DNA from: a virus
Lineage: Duplodnaviria; Caudoviricetes
DNA: 64,000 nucleotides
Virus record (IMG/VR): IMGVR_UViG_3300029288_000076
Coordinates: 32,001 to 96,000 of that record
Direction: 5' to 3' (one strand)
Below, one piece after another: positions 9,831 through 19,530 of the stretch. A model generated the notes under the pieces. That model saw only the letters and a program-made list of their open reading frames with translations. It did no database searches and had not been told where the DNA came from. The translations under genes were made by a program, and so were the position numbers. The stretch's first letter is position 1, and each line of letters opens with the position of its first letter.

Positions 9831-11694
9831 TTAGTCTTTTAAACCTTCTTCTATTTTATAACAAAATGAGTTGAATCGTTCTTCTAATTTAGAAATATGC
9901 GGGGAGACATAATTTTGTATTTTATAAGCTAAACACATTTTAATAAGAAATTCTTTCCATTCTTTATCAGTAATATCAGACATTTTTAAACTTACTTATA
10001 AGTTGTTTGATATGACTATCAGCAATAATAACTAATACTTCAAAGTCACTTATCTGAATATCAACATCTATTTTATTGTAATTATGGCAATCAGAAATCT
10101 TATCTTTCATTTTGAAGAGAAAATTTTCAAGTTTCTCAATGTCTTCTTGTTTAAATTTAGTCATTATTTTTTAAACCAATTTTTAATATCTTTGAAAATA
10201 TCAATAACAAATTCTTTAAGAGAATAATTAACTTTTATCTGACTATCAAGAGTCATCTTCTGTAGGCTTTTACTCATACTAAAAAAAGCTCTTGCCATGC
10301 ATAAAAGTATTTTAACATCTTTAACTTTAAGCGTTATATCTTCATGATTATGTACTTCATAAGTTATTAAAAGTGTATCAAGTTTATCTAACCATTTACT
10401 AGAAATATTAATAGTATTGTTAATAGTATTGTTAATATCATTCAAAGATTCTTTATTTATAATTTTTTTCATAGTTTTTAAACCTAATAAACCGTTATTA
10501 TTTGTAAGACTACAAATTCTAATTTTTTACCGATCATTCCATAAGCTTTTATCTTTTTATTAATATAAAAATTTAAAGGTGCTTTTGAAAGTACAACAAA
10601 GTTCTCTTTTGTTATATACCAATAACTTTTATCTATTTCTGTTTGTGTTCGGAATAATCCACCAGTTATTTCATCTTTTTCTTCAATTAATTGTTTATCA
10701 ATTGTAAAAACAATATATACTTTTTTAGAAAAATTCCAATAATAAGGACAATCTATAGATGGAGAAAAATTTGGAATATCTTCTGGCAATATAGTTAGTG
10801 GTTTATATTCTTCTATGCAAGCTGTCGTAAATATAATTAATATTAACAAAAACACCAAATATTTTAATTTTGACATTTTACTCTCCAAAAATGAAGTTGT
10901 TGACATTTCCATCTATACACCAATCAACTTTAGCTTTTTCAAATTCTCCAAGTCCTTCATACCAAGTAACAAATTCTTGAATTTCTTCATTACAATCATT
11001 ACAAACTTGCTTTCCTCTAACAACACGCTTAAAAGGTTTTTCAGAAGACAAACCGCAAAACTGACAGCGAGATTTAATATTAGCCATTTTCAACCTCATA
11101 CTTAAATTTTGTAAAAAACTCTTCTTTAGTCGTATTAACTTTCTTCTCTAACAATACTTCTAGCTCAACGTTATCAATATATTTTAAAAATGTTATTTTT
11201 GAAAACCACATGTCTGCTGGATCTTGGCAATAATCTATTTCAGTAATAATATAAAGAGCTTTCTTTCCAGATTGCATATCTAAAATTAATCCATCTTTTT
11301 CATTGGGTCTAGGATATGTATAAGCAGATACTGTATAAGTTCCATCTTTATTATCAGAAAAGATTCTAATTGAATTACCATAAGAAGAGTTGTTTACAAA
11401 AATATTAAAATTTTTTCTAAGTTTTTTCTTAAAAATTTTCATAATTAAACATCATCATAAACTTTCAGACCTACAAAAGGATTTCTTTTATCTAAAAGCA
11501 ATTCGTATACGTAACTATCTCTATCTTTTCTCCATATTTTAACTGCTTCTATTTTCGCTTCCCTTTTAGTGAAAGCTTCTATTTCTAGTACATCACATCC
11601 ATATTCATATCTTGGCCAATAATCAATATACTCAGCAACATATTGATGCTCAGGTGAAACTACGTAGTACTTTTTAAGAGCCCTTTCTTTCATA

Positions 11695-13104
11695 CTAAAA
11701 TCCTTGATAATCTTCAATCCATTTTTCAGAAACCCAATCAATTAGCTTATCTTGTTCATATGAAGAAGGACCTAATTTTCTTTCTACTGCATCTATATAG
11801 CAACTAAATTTTCCATCTTTAATTTCATAACACCATTCTGGAATATTATATTCGTCTAATTTGTCTTTATTTTCTGCCGCCAAGGCAGTGTCAATAGCAA
11901 TTGTTGGGAGTTTATTTTCATCATTAAAATCACTTATAATTTTCAACCAATCAAATTTAAATGGTTTAAAGTTACAACCCCTTCCTACTCCTTTAGCACC
12001 CAAAAGTGTTAATTTAATCCCTTCACTTTTACAAGCATTTAATAAAAATTTAAAGTTATATTCATCTACAATTCCAACGATATGCTGCAAAGAAATTTTA
12101 AGTGAGTTTTTAAAATATTTATCTTTTGCAACTGATTTTAGTATTTCTGCCACATCTATAACATCAGTAACTTTAATAGCGGAAAACGCTACTCCGCCCA
12201 GCATACTCCAAATTTTATGATTTGATGGATGTTCTTTAAGCCATTTTATATTTTTAGTTGAAAAATTTGGAATCATGTGATTATAATAGATATCTTCTAC
12301 GATTTCATCAAAATCAGGGTGAAATGTTGGTTCACCACCACCTATAGCAATCTCAAATATTTTTGCTTTTGAAAGCTTATATAAAATATCATATATGTCT
12401 TTTTTCTTGGCATGTTTTCCGTTTTGAGAAGAGCTTTGATAACAAAAATCACATTCATAAGGGCAATAATCAGTAATTTTTAAATCAACAAGCTCAGGTG
12501 TAGAAGCTTTTATATAATTTTCTTCAAGATTATCAAAAGAAAATCTTATTTTTGCTCCAGTTTTTCTATTAAAAAGAACCCAAAATTTACCATCCTTTTT
12601 AGCAACTAATCTATGATCATACCAATCATTAAAAAGAGGATTTATATTTTTATAACCATTTTCTATTAATTGATGCATTCCATCATTATCATTTCCTCCA
12701 AGAATAGCTACATTTTCCATTGAAATAAAATTTTTTAGATCTTTTATAAACTCTATATTAACTCCTTTTTCTTCCCAATCATATGGAATAGACCAAACAG
12801 ATTGGTGATCAACTCCTTCCCAATAACTATCTTCATCAGAGTCTGAAATAATAGTATTCCCAATTAATTGCTTGATAATAGTTTTTGCTGTTTCTTTACC
12901 GAATCTACGTTCTAATTCTGAATATAGGTTTTGGGCTAAATATTTCATTTTTGATTCTAAATCAATTAATGTAAATGATTCCCAGCCAAATGAACCATAC
13001 ATAGGATCATTTTTGATCTTATTTTTATTTTTGTTAAAGAAGATTATGGAATGAGAAGAGCTACTATTTGTAGCAAAACCTAATCTGATACTTTGTATTT
13101 TCAT
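11695..13104 (-). CDS. Radical SAM protein with N-terminal RLGFATNSSSS domain
   Basis: CPYECDFC (CxxxCxxC) and IAIGGGEPT. Confidence 0.85.
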   Translation of the reverse strand: MKIQSIRLGFATNSSSSHSIIFFNKNKNKIKNDPMYGSFGWESFTLIDLESKMKYLAQNLYSELERRFGKETAKTIIKQLIGNTIISDSDEDSYWEGVDHQSVWSIPYDWEEKGVNIEFIKDLKNFISMENVAILGGNDNDGMHQLIENGYKNINPLFNDWYDHRLVAKKDGKFWVLFNRKTGAKIRFSFDNLEENYIKASTPELVDLKITDYCPYECDFCYQSSSQNGKHAKKKDIYDILYKLSKAKIFEIAIGGGEPTFHPDFDEIVEDIYYNHMIPNFSTKNIKWLKEHPSNHKIWSMLGGVAFSAIKVTDVIDVAEILKSVAKDKYFKNSLKISLQHIVGIVDEYNFKFLLNACKSEGIKLTLLGAKGVGRGCNFKPFKFDWLKIISDFNDENKLPTIAIDTALAAENKDKLDEYNIPEWCYEIKDGKFSCYIDAVERKLGPSSYEQDKLIDWVSEKWIEDYQGF

Positions 13105-13123
13105 TACAAAATCCTATTAAATA

Positions 13124-13633
13124 TTAAATATACCATTTTTTATCATACATTTTTTGTTCCCTTTCGCGTGCTTGTTCTTTAAGATATCTCTGATATTTTC
13201 TGTCTAAAATTGGGTTAATTGATTTATTAAATTCTATTTCATAAGCATAATGGTCTTTGACAACTTTTGGATTTAAAATTATTTTATCACAATGTTTTCT
13301 ATAAAAATCTTCGGTTGACATAAAGATTAACTTAGAATTATTAGGGAATTGAATTTTACTATCTTTAAATGAATAATTTGTTTCTTTTATTTTAAAAAAC
13401 CATAATAATTTTCTTACTTTTCCTACTTCAAACATTTGTAAAGCCACTTCATAAAAATGTTTTGCAGCTTCGTGATTGTGAGTTAAGTAGAAACATTGTT
13501 TATTTTTATTTTTCAAACAATATTCAATACACTCTAAAATAGCTTTAGTACTTTTTCCTAGTGTGCGCTCATTATAGATAAAAACTTTTTTAGTAGTAAA
13601 GAAGCTTTTAATTTTCTTGAATAATCTTACCAT
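13124..13633 (-). CDS. Small P-loop-like protein resembling a terminase ATPase N-terminal fragment
   Basis: ERTLGKST Walker-A-like motif; IQFPNNSKLIFMS. Confidence 0.4.
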   Translation of the reverse strand: MVRLFKKIKSFFTTKKVFIYNERTLGKSTKAILECIEYCLKNKNKQCFYLTHNHEAAKHFYEVALQMFEVGKVRKLLWFFKIKETNYSFKDSKIQFPNNSKLIFMSTEDFYRKHCDKIILNPKVVKDHYAYEIEFNKSINPILDRKYQRYLKEQAREREQKMYDKKWYI

Positions 13634-13721
13634 TTTTCATTCTCTAAATAAATTTGTTATACAAAGTCAAAAATTATCTTATCTTCTTATAATATTATAT
13701 TTTATAAAAATGATCTTACAA

Positions 13722-13764
13722 ATAAAAAAATAAAGGCTATAGAAATTATTTTTCTATAGCCTTT
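13722..13764 (-). terminator. Intrinsic terminator after the capsid/decoration operon
   Basis: 14-bp perfect inverted repeat 13732-13745/13751-13764, followed by a U tract on the minus strand. Confidence 0.8.
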
Positions 13765-13800
13765 TAATTTTTACATCATCCTAATCTTTATAATTAGGAT

Positions 13801-14175
13801 TTATGAGCCAACTGTGCCAGCGGCAATCCAGCTAATAGTTATAGCTGTTGAGCCCGCCACTAGCGTAGGATCTGAACCTGAATAGTTTTGCCATGCATAA
13901 ATTCTAACAACTCCTCCAGAATGGCTGCCATAACTAAACGTATATGGCTCATCTCCGGGAGCATCGGTTCTTATAAGAGATGCATGAATATGGACCAGCG
14001 ATGTAATATCAGTTGTAACATCAAGTGATCCAGTAACTCCAACTGTTCCGGTTCCCCAAGCAAAAACTCCATTAAAAGTAGTAGCCTGGGTAAAGTTATT
14101 TAACCCTATTTCGTTAGCAATGGGACACATTCCACTGATTCTATCAAAATCTTCAGCAGTAACTTTTGTTGGCAT
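13801..14175 (-). CDS. Capsid decoration protein (paralogue 2)
   Basis: Ala/Gly/Thr-rich beta protein downstream of the MCP; ends ISWIAAGTVGS. Confidence 0.6.
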   Translation of the reverse strand: MPTKVTAEDFDRISGMCPIANEIGLNNFTQATTFNGVFAWGTGTVGVTGSLDVTTDITSLVHIHASLIRTDAPGDEPYTFSYGSHSGGVVRIYAWQNYSGSDPTLVAGSTAITISWIAAGTVGS

Positions 14176-14184
14176 ATTTATCTC

Positions 14185-14562
14185 CTATGAGCCAACCGTT
14201 CCTATGGCTAACCACGATATATCAATTGAAGCTGTACCGGCAATAAGTGTAGGATCTGAACCTGACGTATTACACCATGCATAGATTCTAACAACGCCAG
14301 CAGTATGGGTTCCATAACTAAAGGTATATGGACCATCACCAGGACTAGTTGATTTAATCAGAGAAGCCTCTATGTGAATGAGAGAAGTGATTCCAGTTGT
14401 AACATCAAGTGATCCAGTTGTCCCAAGTACTCCCGCTCCCCAAGCTACTAATCCATTAAAAGTCGTGGCCTGAGTAAAGTTTCCTAATCCTACTTCGTTA
14501 GCAATAGGGCACATCGCATTGGCTTTACCTCGCGTTTCAGCGGTTATTTTAGTTGCAGCCAT
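14185..14562 (-). CDS. Capsid decoration protein (paralogue 1)
   Basis: Directly after the MCP; highly similar to 13801..14175. Confidence 0.6.
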   Translation of the reverse strand: MAATKITAETRGKANAMCPIANEVGLGNFTQATTFNGLVAWGAGVLGTTGSLDVTTGITSLIHIEASLIKSTSPGDGPYTFSYGTHTAGVVRIYAWCNTSGSDPTLIAGTASIDISWLAIGTVGS

Positions 14563-14589
14563 TTTTAATCCTCCTTAGCCCTATTGTTA

Positions 14590-15723
14590 TTACCCATAAA
14601 TCCTTGCCATTGTAGAAGCTCCGCGAACCTCAGCGGTATACTCACCAATAATAGAACCAGCTTTGTAGTCACCAGTTTTGGCTTTTTCTTGGAAGTGGAA
14701 GCTTCTGTTGCGGAGAGGCACAGGTTTAACCCTATTAGAGGCAATCAAGAACAAGTTAGAAGCAGGCATCCACCTATTGAGTACAATACGAATAGGATTG
14801 CTCATGAAAGTAGAGGCATATTCCCAAACTTGCTTCTCATATTTGGTTTCGCTATTCACAACTCTGATATGAGTTTCTTGCCAACCATCGATAATCCTTT
14901 TATATGCGGCATCGCAAACAAGAACATCAATATCATCAGCACCAGCAGACCAACAAGCATTAATAGCAGAATCAAGAAGAGATGTGGTAAGAGTAGCTCC
15001 GGATCCAACAGTGTAAATGTTTGTGGAAATAAGAGAAATCAGACCATTCATAACACGAGGAACAGTAGAACTTCCGATAGTGCCAACAGCAGTAGAGTAC
15101 TTACCAAGAATCATAGCAGACTCAAGATCAATCATCGCCTCTTTGGTCTTTTTGAGTTTTTCGTACTCGAAAGCATCGGCATACCCAATAGCATTAACAG
15201 CTCTCATAGTTTCAGAAACACTAAAGTCGCGTTTAAATATCTGCACATAGTTTCCAGTTCTGCTTGGATTTCTCTGAGTAGCTTGTTCAATGTCGGAACC
15301 TTCAAGAGCAGCCATACCAACAACATAGAGCGTATTACCCGCACCGAGCGAGCTAGCAGTAGTACCTTGAGACGCTCTCTTAACAGTCAAGGTATTAGTA
15401 GAAGTAGACACAATAATCATGTACTCATTAGTCACTGAAGACATGAGCACATCTCCCCACTGCAGGAACCCAGCCTCACTCCCTCTAATTGAGAAAGAAT
15501 AGGTTGTAGAAGCATCAGACGTAATGGCGGTAGAGTTAATAACACTATGAGGCATATATTTGTCCTCAAGCCATTCATGATAAGTCTGTGTTGCAGCAGC
15601 AGCGGGAATTCCTAAGAGATCGAGCAATGGCACAACAGAAGGCGAGAGCATAGTAATAGTATCGCTAACGTCCTCATAGACACCATCATATCGATCATAC
15701 TGAGCAAGACCTGTAAAAGACAT
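14590..15723 (-). CDS. Major capsid protein (DUF5309/SU10-like HK97 fold)
   Basis: EDVSDTI..LSP...P, HEWLED, NYVQIF, AKTGD..GSIIGEYT; located after the scaffold. Confidence 0.9.
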   Translation of the reverse strand: MSFTGLAQYDRYDGVYEDVSDTITMLSPSVVPLLDLLGIPAAAATQTYHEWLEDKYMPHSVINSTAITSDASTTYSFSIRGSEAGFLQWGDVLMSSVTNEYMIIVSTSTNTLTVKRASQGTTASSLGAGNTLYVVGMAALEGSDIEQATQRNPSRTGNYVQIFKRDFSVSETMRAVNAIGYADAFEYEKLKKTKEAMIDLESAMILGKYSTAVGTIGSSTVPRVMNGLISLISTNIYTVGSGATLTTSLLDSAINACWSAGADDIDVLVCDAAYKRIIDGWQETHIRVVNSETKYEKQVWEYASTFMSNPIRIVLNRWMPASNLFLIASNRVKPVPLRNRSFHFQEKAKTGDYKAGSIIGEYTAEVRGASTMARIYG

Positions 15724-15742
15724 ATTTAAAAGAACCTCCTTT

Positions 15743-16642
15743 TTACTTTATGGCTCCAGAAGCTTTAGCGGCTTTTTCTGCATCTTGTAAAAGTTTTCTT
15801 GCTTTCATATACTCAAGTTGTGACATATCATTATTAGGATTGATGCCAGCTTCCTCTTTAGCTTTTTCAAAGTTCTTTCTAAGCGTATTAAGACGGTCAA
15901 CTTCTTTAGAAACCGCACCTTTCCCACCTGATCCAGCACCTGGAGTATACGAAACGAAAAACTCTTCTTTTAGCGTATTTATAATACCGTCTCTAAGATC
16001 GATATCTGCACCGCTGTCAAACTTTCTAAAGAGCCATTTACGATCAATTTCATCATATACAACATGTTTACGTAACAATTCAGCCGATTCCTCCATGAGG
16101 TGCGGCTTTACATTAGCAGAGACAAGAGCTTGGTTAAGAATATCAGACTTTTTAGTTTCAAAAACTTCTTGTTTAGCCTCTTCGGTTTGCTTTTCAAGAT
16201 CAATTACTCTCTTTTCATAATCCGTGAGGCGTTTTTCATAACGTAGTTTCATGGTGTTTCTTGCAGCTTCGACAGCATCTTTAATGTCTTTCTTTTTCTT
16301 CGGGATTGTTTTAGACTTATCTTCATCTTCCAAATCTTCATCCTCCTCTCCAATATCTTCATCCTCGAAGAATTCCTCTTCAGCAGTGTCATCAACTATG
16401 ATACCATAAAGATCATCATTCTTTTCTTTAACACTAGCAAGCGTTTTAGCCATTTCATCAAGTTTGTCGCGCAAAAGTTTATTTTCTTCTTTTGTTTCGC
16501 GCTTGTCTTTGGCAATCATGCGATTAACGTCTTCATCAGTGTACTTCGGAACTTTTGTGGGATCTTCTTGAGAAGCTTGACAATGCTCACAAACAGTACT
16601 GTCATCTGCAATTTCCTTTCCACACTTGATACAATTCTTCAT
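15743..16642 (-). CDS. Capsid scaffolding protein with N-terminal zinc ribbon
   Basis: CIKC/CEHC, YTDEDVNRMI, acidic coiled coil, GAGSGG; directly upstream of the MCP. Confidence 0.75.
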   Translation of the reverse strand: MKNCIKCGKEIADDSTVCEHCQASQEDPTKVPKYTDEDVNRMIAKDKRETKEENKLLRDKLDEMAKTLASVKEKNDDLYGIIVDDTAEEEFFEDEDIGEEDEDLEDEDKSKTIPKKKKDIKDAVEAARNTMKLRYEKRLTDYEKRVIDLEKQTEEAKQEVFETKKSDILNQALVSANVKPHLMEESAELLRKHVVYDEIDRKWLFRKFDSGADIDLRDGIINTLKEEFFVSYTPGAGSGGKGAVSKEVDRLNTLRKNFEKAKEEAGINPNNDMSQLEYMKARKLLQDAEKAAKASGAIK

Positions 16643-16780
16643 AAACTCTAACTCCTTTCCCAGTTATTAAGGATCTGGCAACCTATAAAACCCCCGATAA
16701 ACCTTCGGGCAGGTCAAATTTGTCCCTGGGGTCTTCTCCCAGCAGGCTATTAAGAACTAAAATAGTAAAAGTTTTATTAT

Positions 16781-16800
16781 TTTTATTATAATATAAAGAG
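16781..16800 (-). promoter_or_regulatory. Putative late promoter (copy 2), upstream of scaffold/MCP
   Basis: Minus-strand CTCTTTATATTATAATAAAA. Confidence 0.5.
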
Positions 16801-16832
16801 ATTAAATAAAAATATAAGTATAGAAAAATTCA

Positions 16833-17096
16833 TTACCAAATCTTTTTTGGACGACCTTTCTTATTAGTTTCTTCGCGCTCATCTGCAACTTCATAAGAAG
16901 TTTTTTCATCAAAAGAAACAGTATAAGATTTCTTTTCCTCAAAGACATACGGCCTATCAGACTGCATCCATGGAGTATCATGAATAAGATCTCCATCTGC
17001 AATTGGCTTAGGTATTCCATCTGGATAAGCTTTGCAAAAAGTATCTTTTTTGTACCATTTGCACTTTTTACAATAATTTTCAATCCCTTCTTGCAT
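16833..17096 (-). CDS. Small CxxC-CKAYPxGIP-H protein (paralogue B)
   Basis: Likely ATG at 17096 with AGGAG SD; CKKC...CKAYPDGIP...IH. Confidence 0.7.
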   Translation of the reverse strand: MQEGIENYCKKCKWYKKDTFCKAYPDGIPKPIADGDLIHDTPWMQSDRPYVFEEKKSYTVSFDEKTSYEVADEREETNKKGRPKKIW

Positions 17097-17106
17097 AATA
17101 AAACTC

Positions 17107-18777
17107 CTATTCGTTATAATATTTTGATAAATCTTCTTCAGTTGGTTCTTCATTCCAACCTTGATCTTGCGGATTTATTTCATTTCCTTCTTCATCAAGA
17201 TTACTCATATCCCAAGGGCTTTGAATTGCTTGACCAGGTTTTGCTTGAGCTTCATCTATTTCTTCTTCAATAGTCTTCATAGCATCTGGATCAACATCTG
17301 GGAGCATCTTCTTAACAACACCTTTTTCAATATTTTTAATTGCAGTTTCAGAAGTTAACGCTTCTCTGGCAGAAAGTAATATATTTAATTCATCAGTTAA
17401 ATTATAAATATCGAAATCGTCAGGATAGCTAATAGATCCTTTCCACGGTGTATTTGCCCATAAACCTACAAATCTGCAAAGAGCATCCTCGCAATCTTGA
17501 AGAGCATCAGCCTTAGCTGAAATAGCATTATTAGTCTCATTAAATATACGTGCCAATGCTATGCCTGATGGACTTGTTTGTTCTTCAACGGCAACTCCAC
17601 CCTTAAGCTTTACTATCTTTAATATAGTGTCTTTTTCATCTTTTATATTTGCCCTGAGATTAGCTGCAGGTTCAGAAGTTGGAGCCATAAATTCAGGTGG
17701 TCCTGCTCCTTCAACTGGAGTATAAGCTAATACATTTCCTTCAGACAATGTAAATGTGTTTGGCATGTCCGGCCAAGCTGCTATTCTTAGAATATTAAGT
17801 GCTTTATTGTGAAGCTCTTCGTCCAATAGACTTGTCCAACGTAAAATAGCTTTACAAACACCAGCAATATCTTGGACTAGAGCAATACCTATGTCTTGAT
17901 ATTTAAAAGAACTTTTATTTTTTAATCTATAAACTGGAACAATACCAAGATTATGAGCTCCTCCACCAACTTTAATTACATCTTTTGATTTAGGATCAAT
18001 TTTGTGCTTTACCCATTCTTTCTTCGTCCATGTCACATAATAATAAGACTCATCAGTAATTTCTTCTGGTTCAAGTTTATATGGGTCTTCAAAATCTTCT
18101 ATATACTCTCTAAAACGTAACCATATAAATTCACCATTGGCATCCATTGACCAGTTAATACAATTTTCAGGAGTATATGCAATGGCATATGATTTCGCTT
18201 CCATACCATCAGCTATTTGTTCTGCAGAAGGTCTATCAACTAATATATCTACATACCCAAATATTTGACGAAGTTTGTCAGCATCAATCATGAACTTCTT
18301 TATTGGACGTTTCTTGCCATCGCTATTTTCCCAAAATTCATCAAAGACGTTTCTTTGACCAACATTAAGAACTTCTTTTACTTTTTTAACTGTTTTTTCT
18401 ACAACACCTTTTGCTTCTGTTTTTGATTGTCGAGTAATTGGTTTGCGGAAAATAAATTCAGTAAATAGATCAACAATAGGAGCGACAAGGTTTACATAAT
18501 AAGCTCTAGCTCTACGCTTTCTAATAGCATCATCAGATTCGCGAGTATGCTGAAGAATATAAGACATCACATCTATACCTTCATATAGATTTATATATTC
18601 ATCCCACATAGGTTTGAATTTGCTATACATCCAATGGCGCGCAGTAAGCTGCTCAACGGTTGGAACTATATTTAGAATAGAATCAGGAGGAGCATCTCCT
18701 GGCTCATACATAGTCTGCGGTTGCGGAGTAGCAACTTTATTAATAGGAAAGTTTTTAGGGTCGAATGTTTCTGTCAC
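17107..18777 (-). CDS. Portal protein (SPP1 gp6-like)
   Basis: RRARAYYVNL...IFRKP, HNLGIVPV, SGIAL, ISYPDDF, acidic tail. Confidence 0.9.
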   Translation of the reverse strand: MTETFDPKNFPINKVATPQPQTMYEPGDAPPDSILNIVPTVEQLTARHWMYSKFKPMWDEYINLYEGIDVMSYILQHTRESDDAIRKRRARAYYVNLVAPIVDLFTEFIFRKPITRQSKTEAKGVVEKTVKKVKEVLNVGQRNVFDEFWENSDGKKRPIKKFMIDADKLRQIFGYVDILVDRPSAEQIADGMEAKSYAIAYTPENCINWSMDANGEFIWLRFREYIEDFEDPYKLEPEEITDESYYYVTWTKKEWVKHKIDPKSKDVIKVGGGAHNLGIVPVYRLKNKSSFKYQDIGIALVQDIAGVCKAILRWTSLLDEELHNKALNILRIAAWPDMPNTFTLSEGNVLAYTPVEGAGPPEFMAPTSEPAANLRANIKDEKDTILKIVKLKGGVAVEEQTSPSGIALARIFNETNNAISAKADALQDCEDALCRFVGLWANTPWKGSISYPDDFDIYNLTDELNILLSAREALTSETAIKNIEKGVVKKMLPDVDPDAMKTIEEEIDEAQAKPGQAIQSPWDMSNLDEEGNEINPQDQGWNEEPTEEDLSKYYNE

Positions 18778-18810
18778 ATATTTACCTGTTAGAAAAAATT
18801 TTATAATTTA

Positions 18811-18828
18811 TTATTATATAAAGAGAAA
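18811..18828 (-). promoter_or_regulatory. Putative late promoter (copy 3), upstream of portal
   Basis: Minus-strand TTTCTCTTTATATAATAA. Confidence 0.5.
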
Positions 18829-18844
18829 TTCTTTGATTATAAGT

Positions 18845-19492
18845 TTAATCAACAACTCTACATTCAATAATATCTTTTTTAATTTTATCGTAATCAACGA
18901 TTTTGAATTTTGTATTTCTTGGGAGTAAAACTTCTGCTTCATTTTTAAAAGAAGATATAGAAGATATATCACAACCTTTTTGACCTTTTTTTACATATAT
19001 TTTCATTAAAATTCCATTGCCATAAAAATAGTTTTTCATAAAAGATCTTCTAAATTTCTCAAAGTTATTGCTAGTAGACACAAAAGCTTTATCTGTAAAA
19101 GTAGGTGTGAGAGTTTTATAAAAATTTGATTTTTCACTTCCTGAAAAGCGTATTAATCTATACAGAGTGGCATCTGATTTAAGTTTTCTTGATGTTATTT
19201 TGTCTAGACCGAACTTAATTTTTTCATATATTGGGTCTAATATTTTTCCTTCTCTTAAAAGTTCATTTATGTTTAATCCAGGACCACCCATATATGAAGA
19301 TACAGCTTTTTTCTCTTCATCATTAAAAACTGTTTTTTCTTTAACTTTCTTCCTTAAACTTTCTCCAATTTTTGTTAACTTAACTATTTTCTTTCCTGAT
19401 TTTAAAGCAGAAACAGCCTTAGCTTTATCTGGATTTGGATCCTTAAAAGGTGGACTAGGTTCTTTACGTTCTCTTGGGCCTTTCCAGCTCAT
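18845..19492 (-). CDS. KEPSPPFKDPNPDK-leader protein 3, R-S-E class (VIP2/Alt-like) ADP-ribosyltransferase
   Basis: Shared leader; LYR, FVSTS and EAEVLLPRNTKF catalytic motifs; YMG...NINELLR helix. Confidence 0.9.
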   Translation of the reverse strand: MSWKGPRERKEPSPPFKDPNPDKAKAVSALKSGKKIVKLTKIGESLRKKVKEKTVFNDEEKKAVSSYMGGPGLNINELLREGKILDPIYEKIKFGLDKITSRKLKSDATLYRLIRFSGSEKSNFYKTLTPTFTDKAFVSTSNNFEKFRRSFMKNYFYGNGILMKIYVKKGQKGCDISSISSFKNEAEVLLPRNTKFKIVDYDKIKKDIIECRVVD

Positions 19493-19510
19493 TTATTATT
19501 CCTTTACAAG

Positions 19511-19530
19511 TTTAATTAAATATAAAGAAA
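19511..19530 (-). promoter_or_regulatory. Putative late promoter (copy 4), upstream of the ART gene
   Basis: Minus-strand TTTCTTTATATTTAATTAAA. Confidence 0.55.

Noticed and set aside
10404-10437. 12-bp tandem repeat
   Set aside because: It simply encodes INNT repeats inside an ORF; a slippage product.
14584-16220. Long plus-strand ORFs (14584..15438, 15750..16220)
   Set aside because: Antisense shadows of the MCP and scaffold genes; no SD or motifs.
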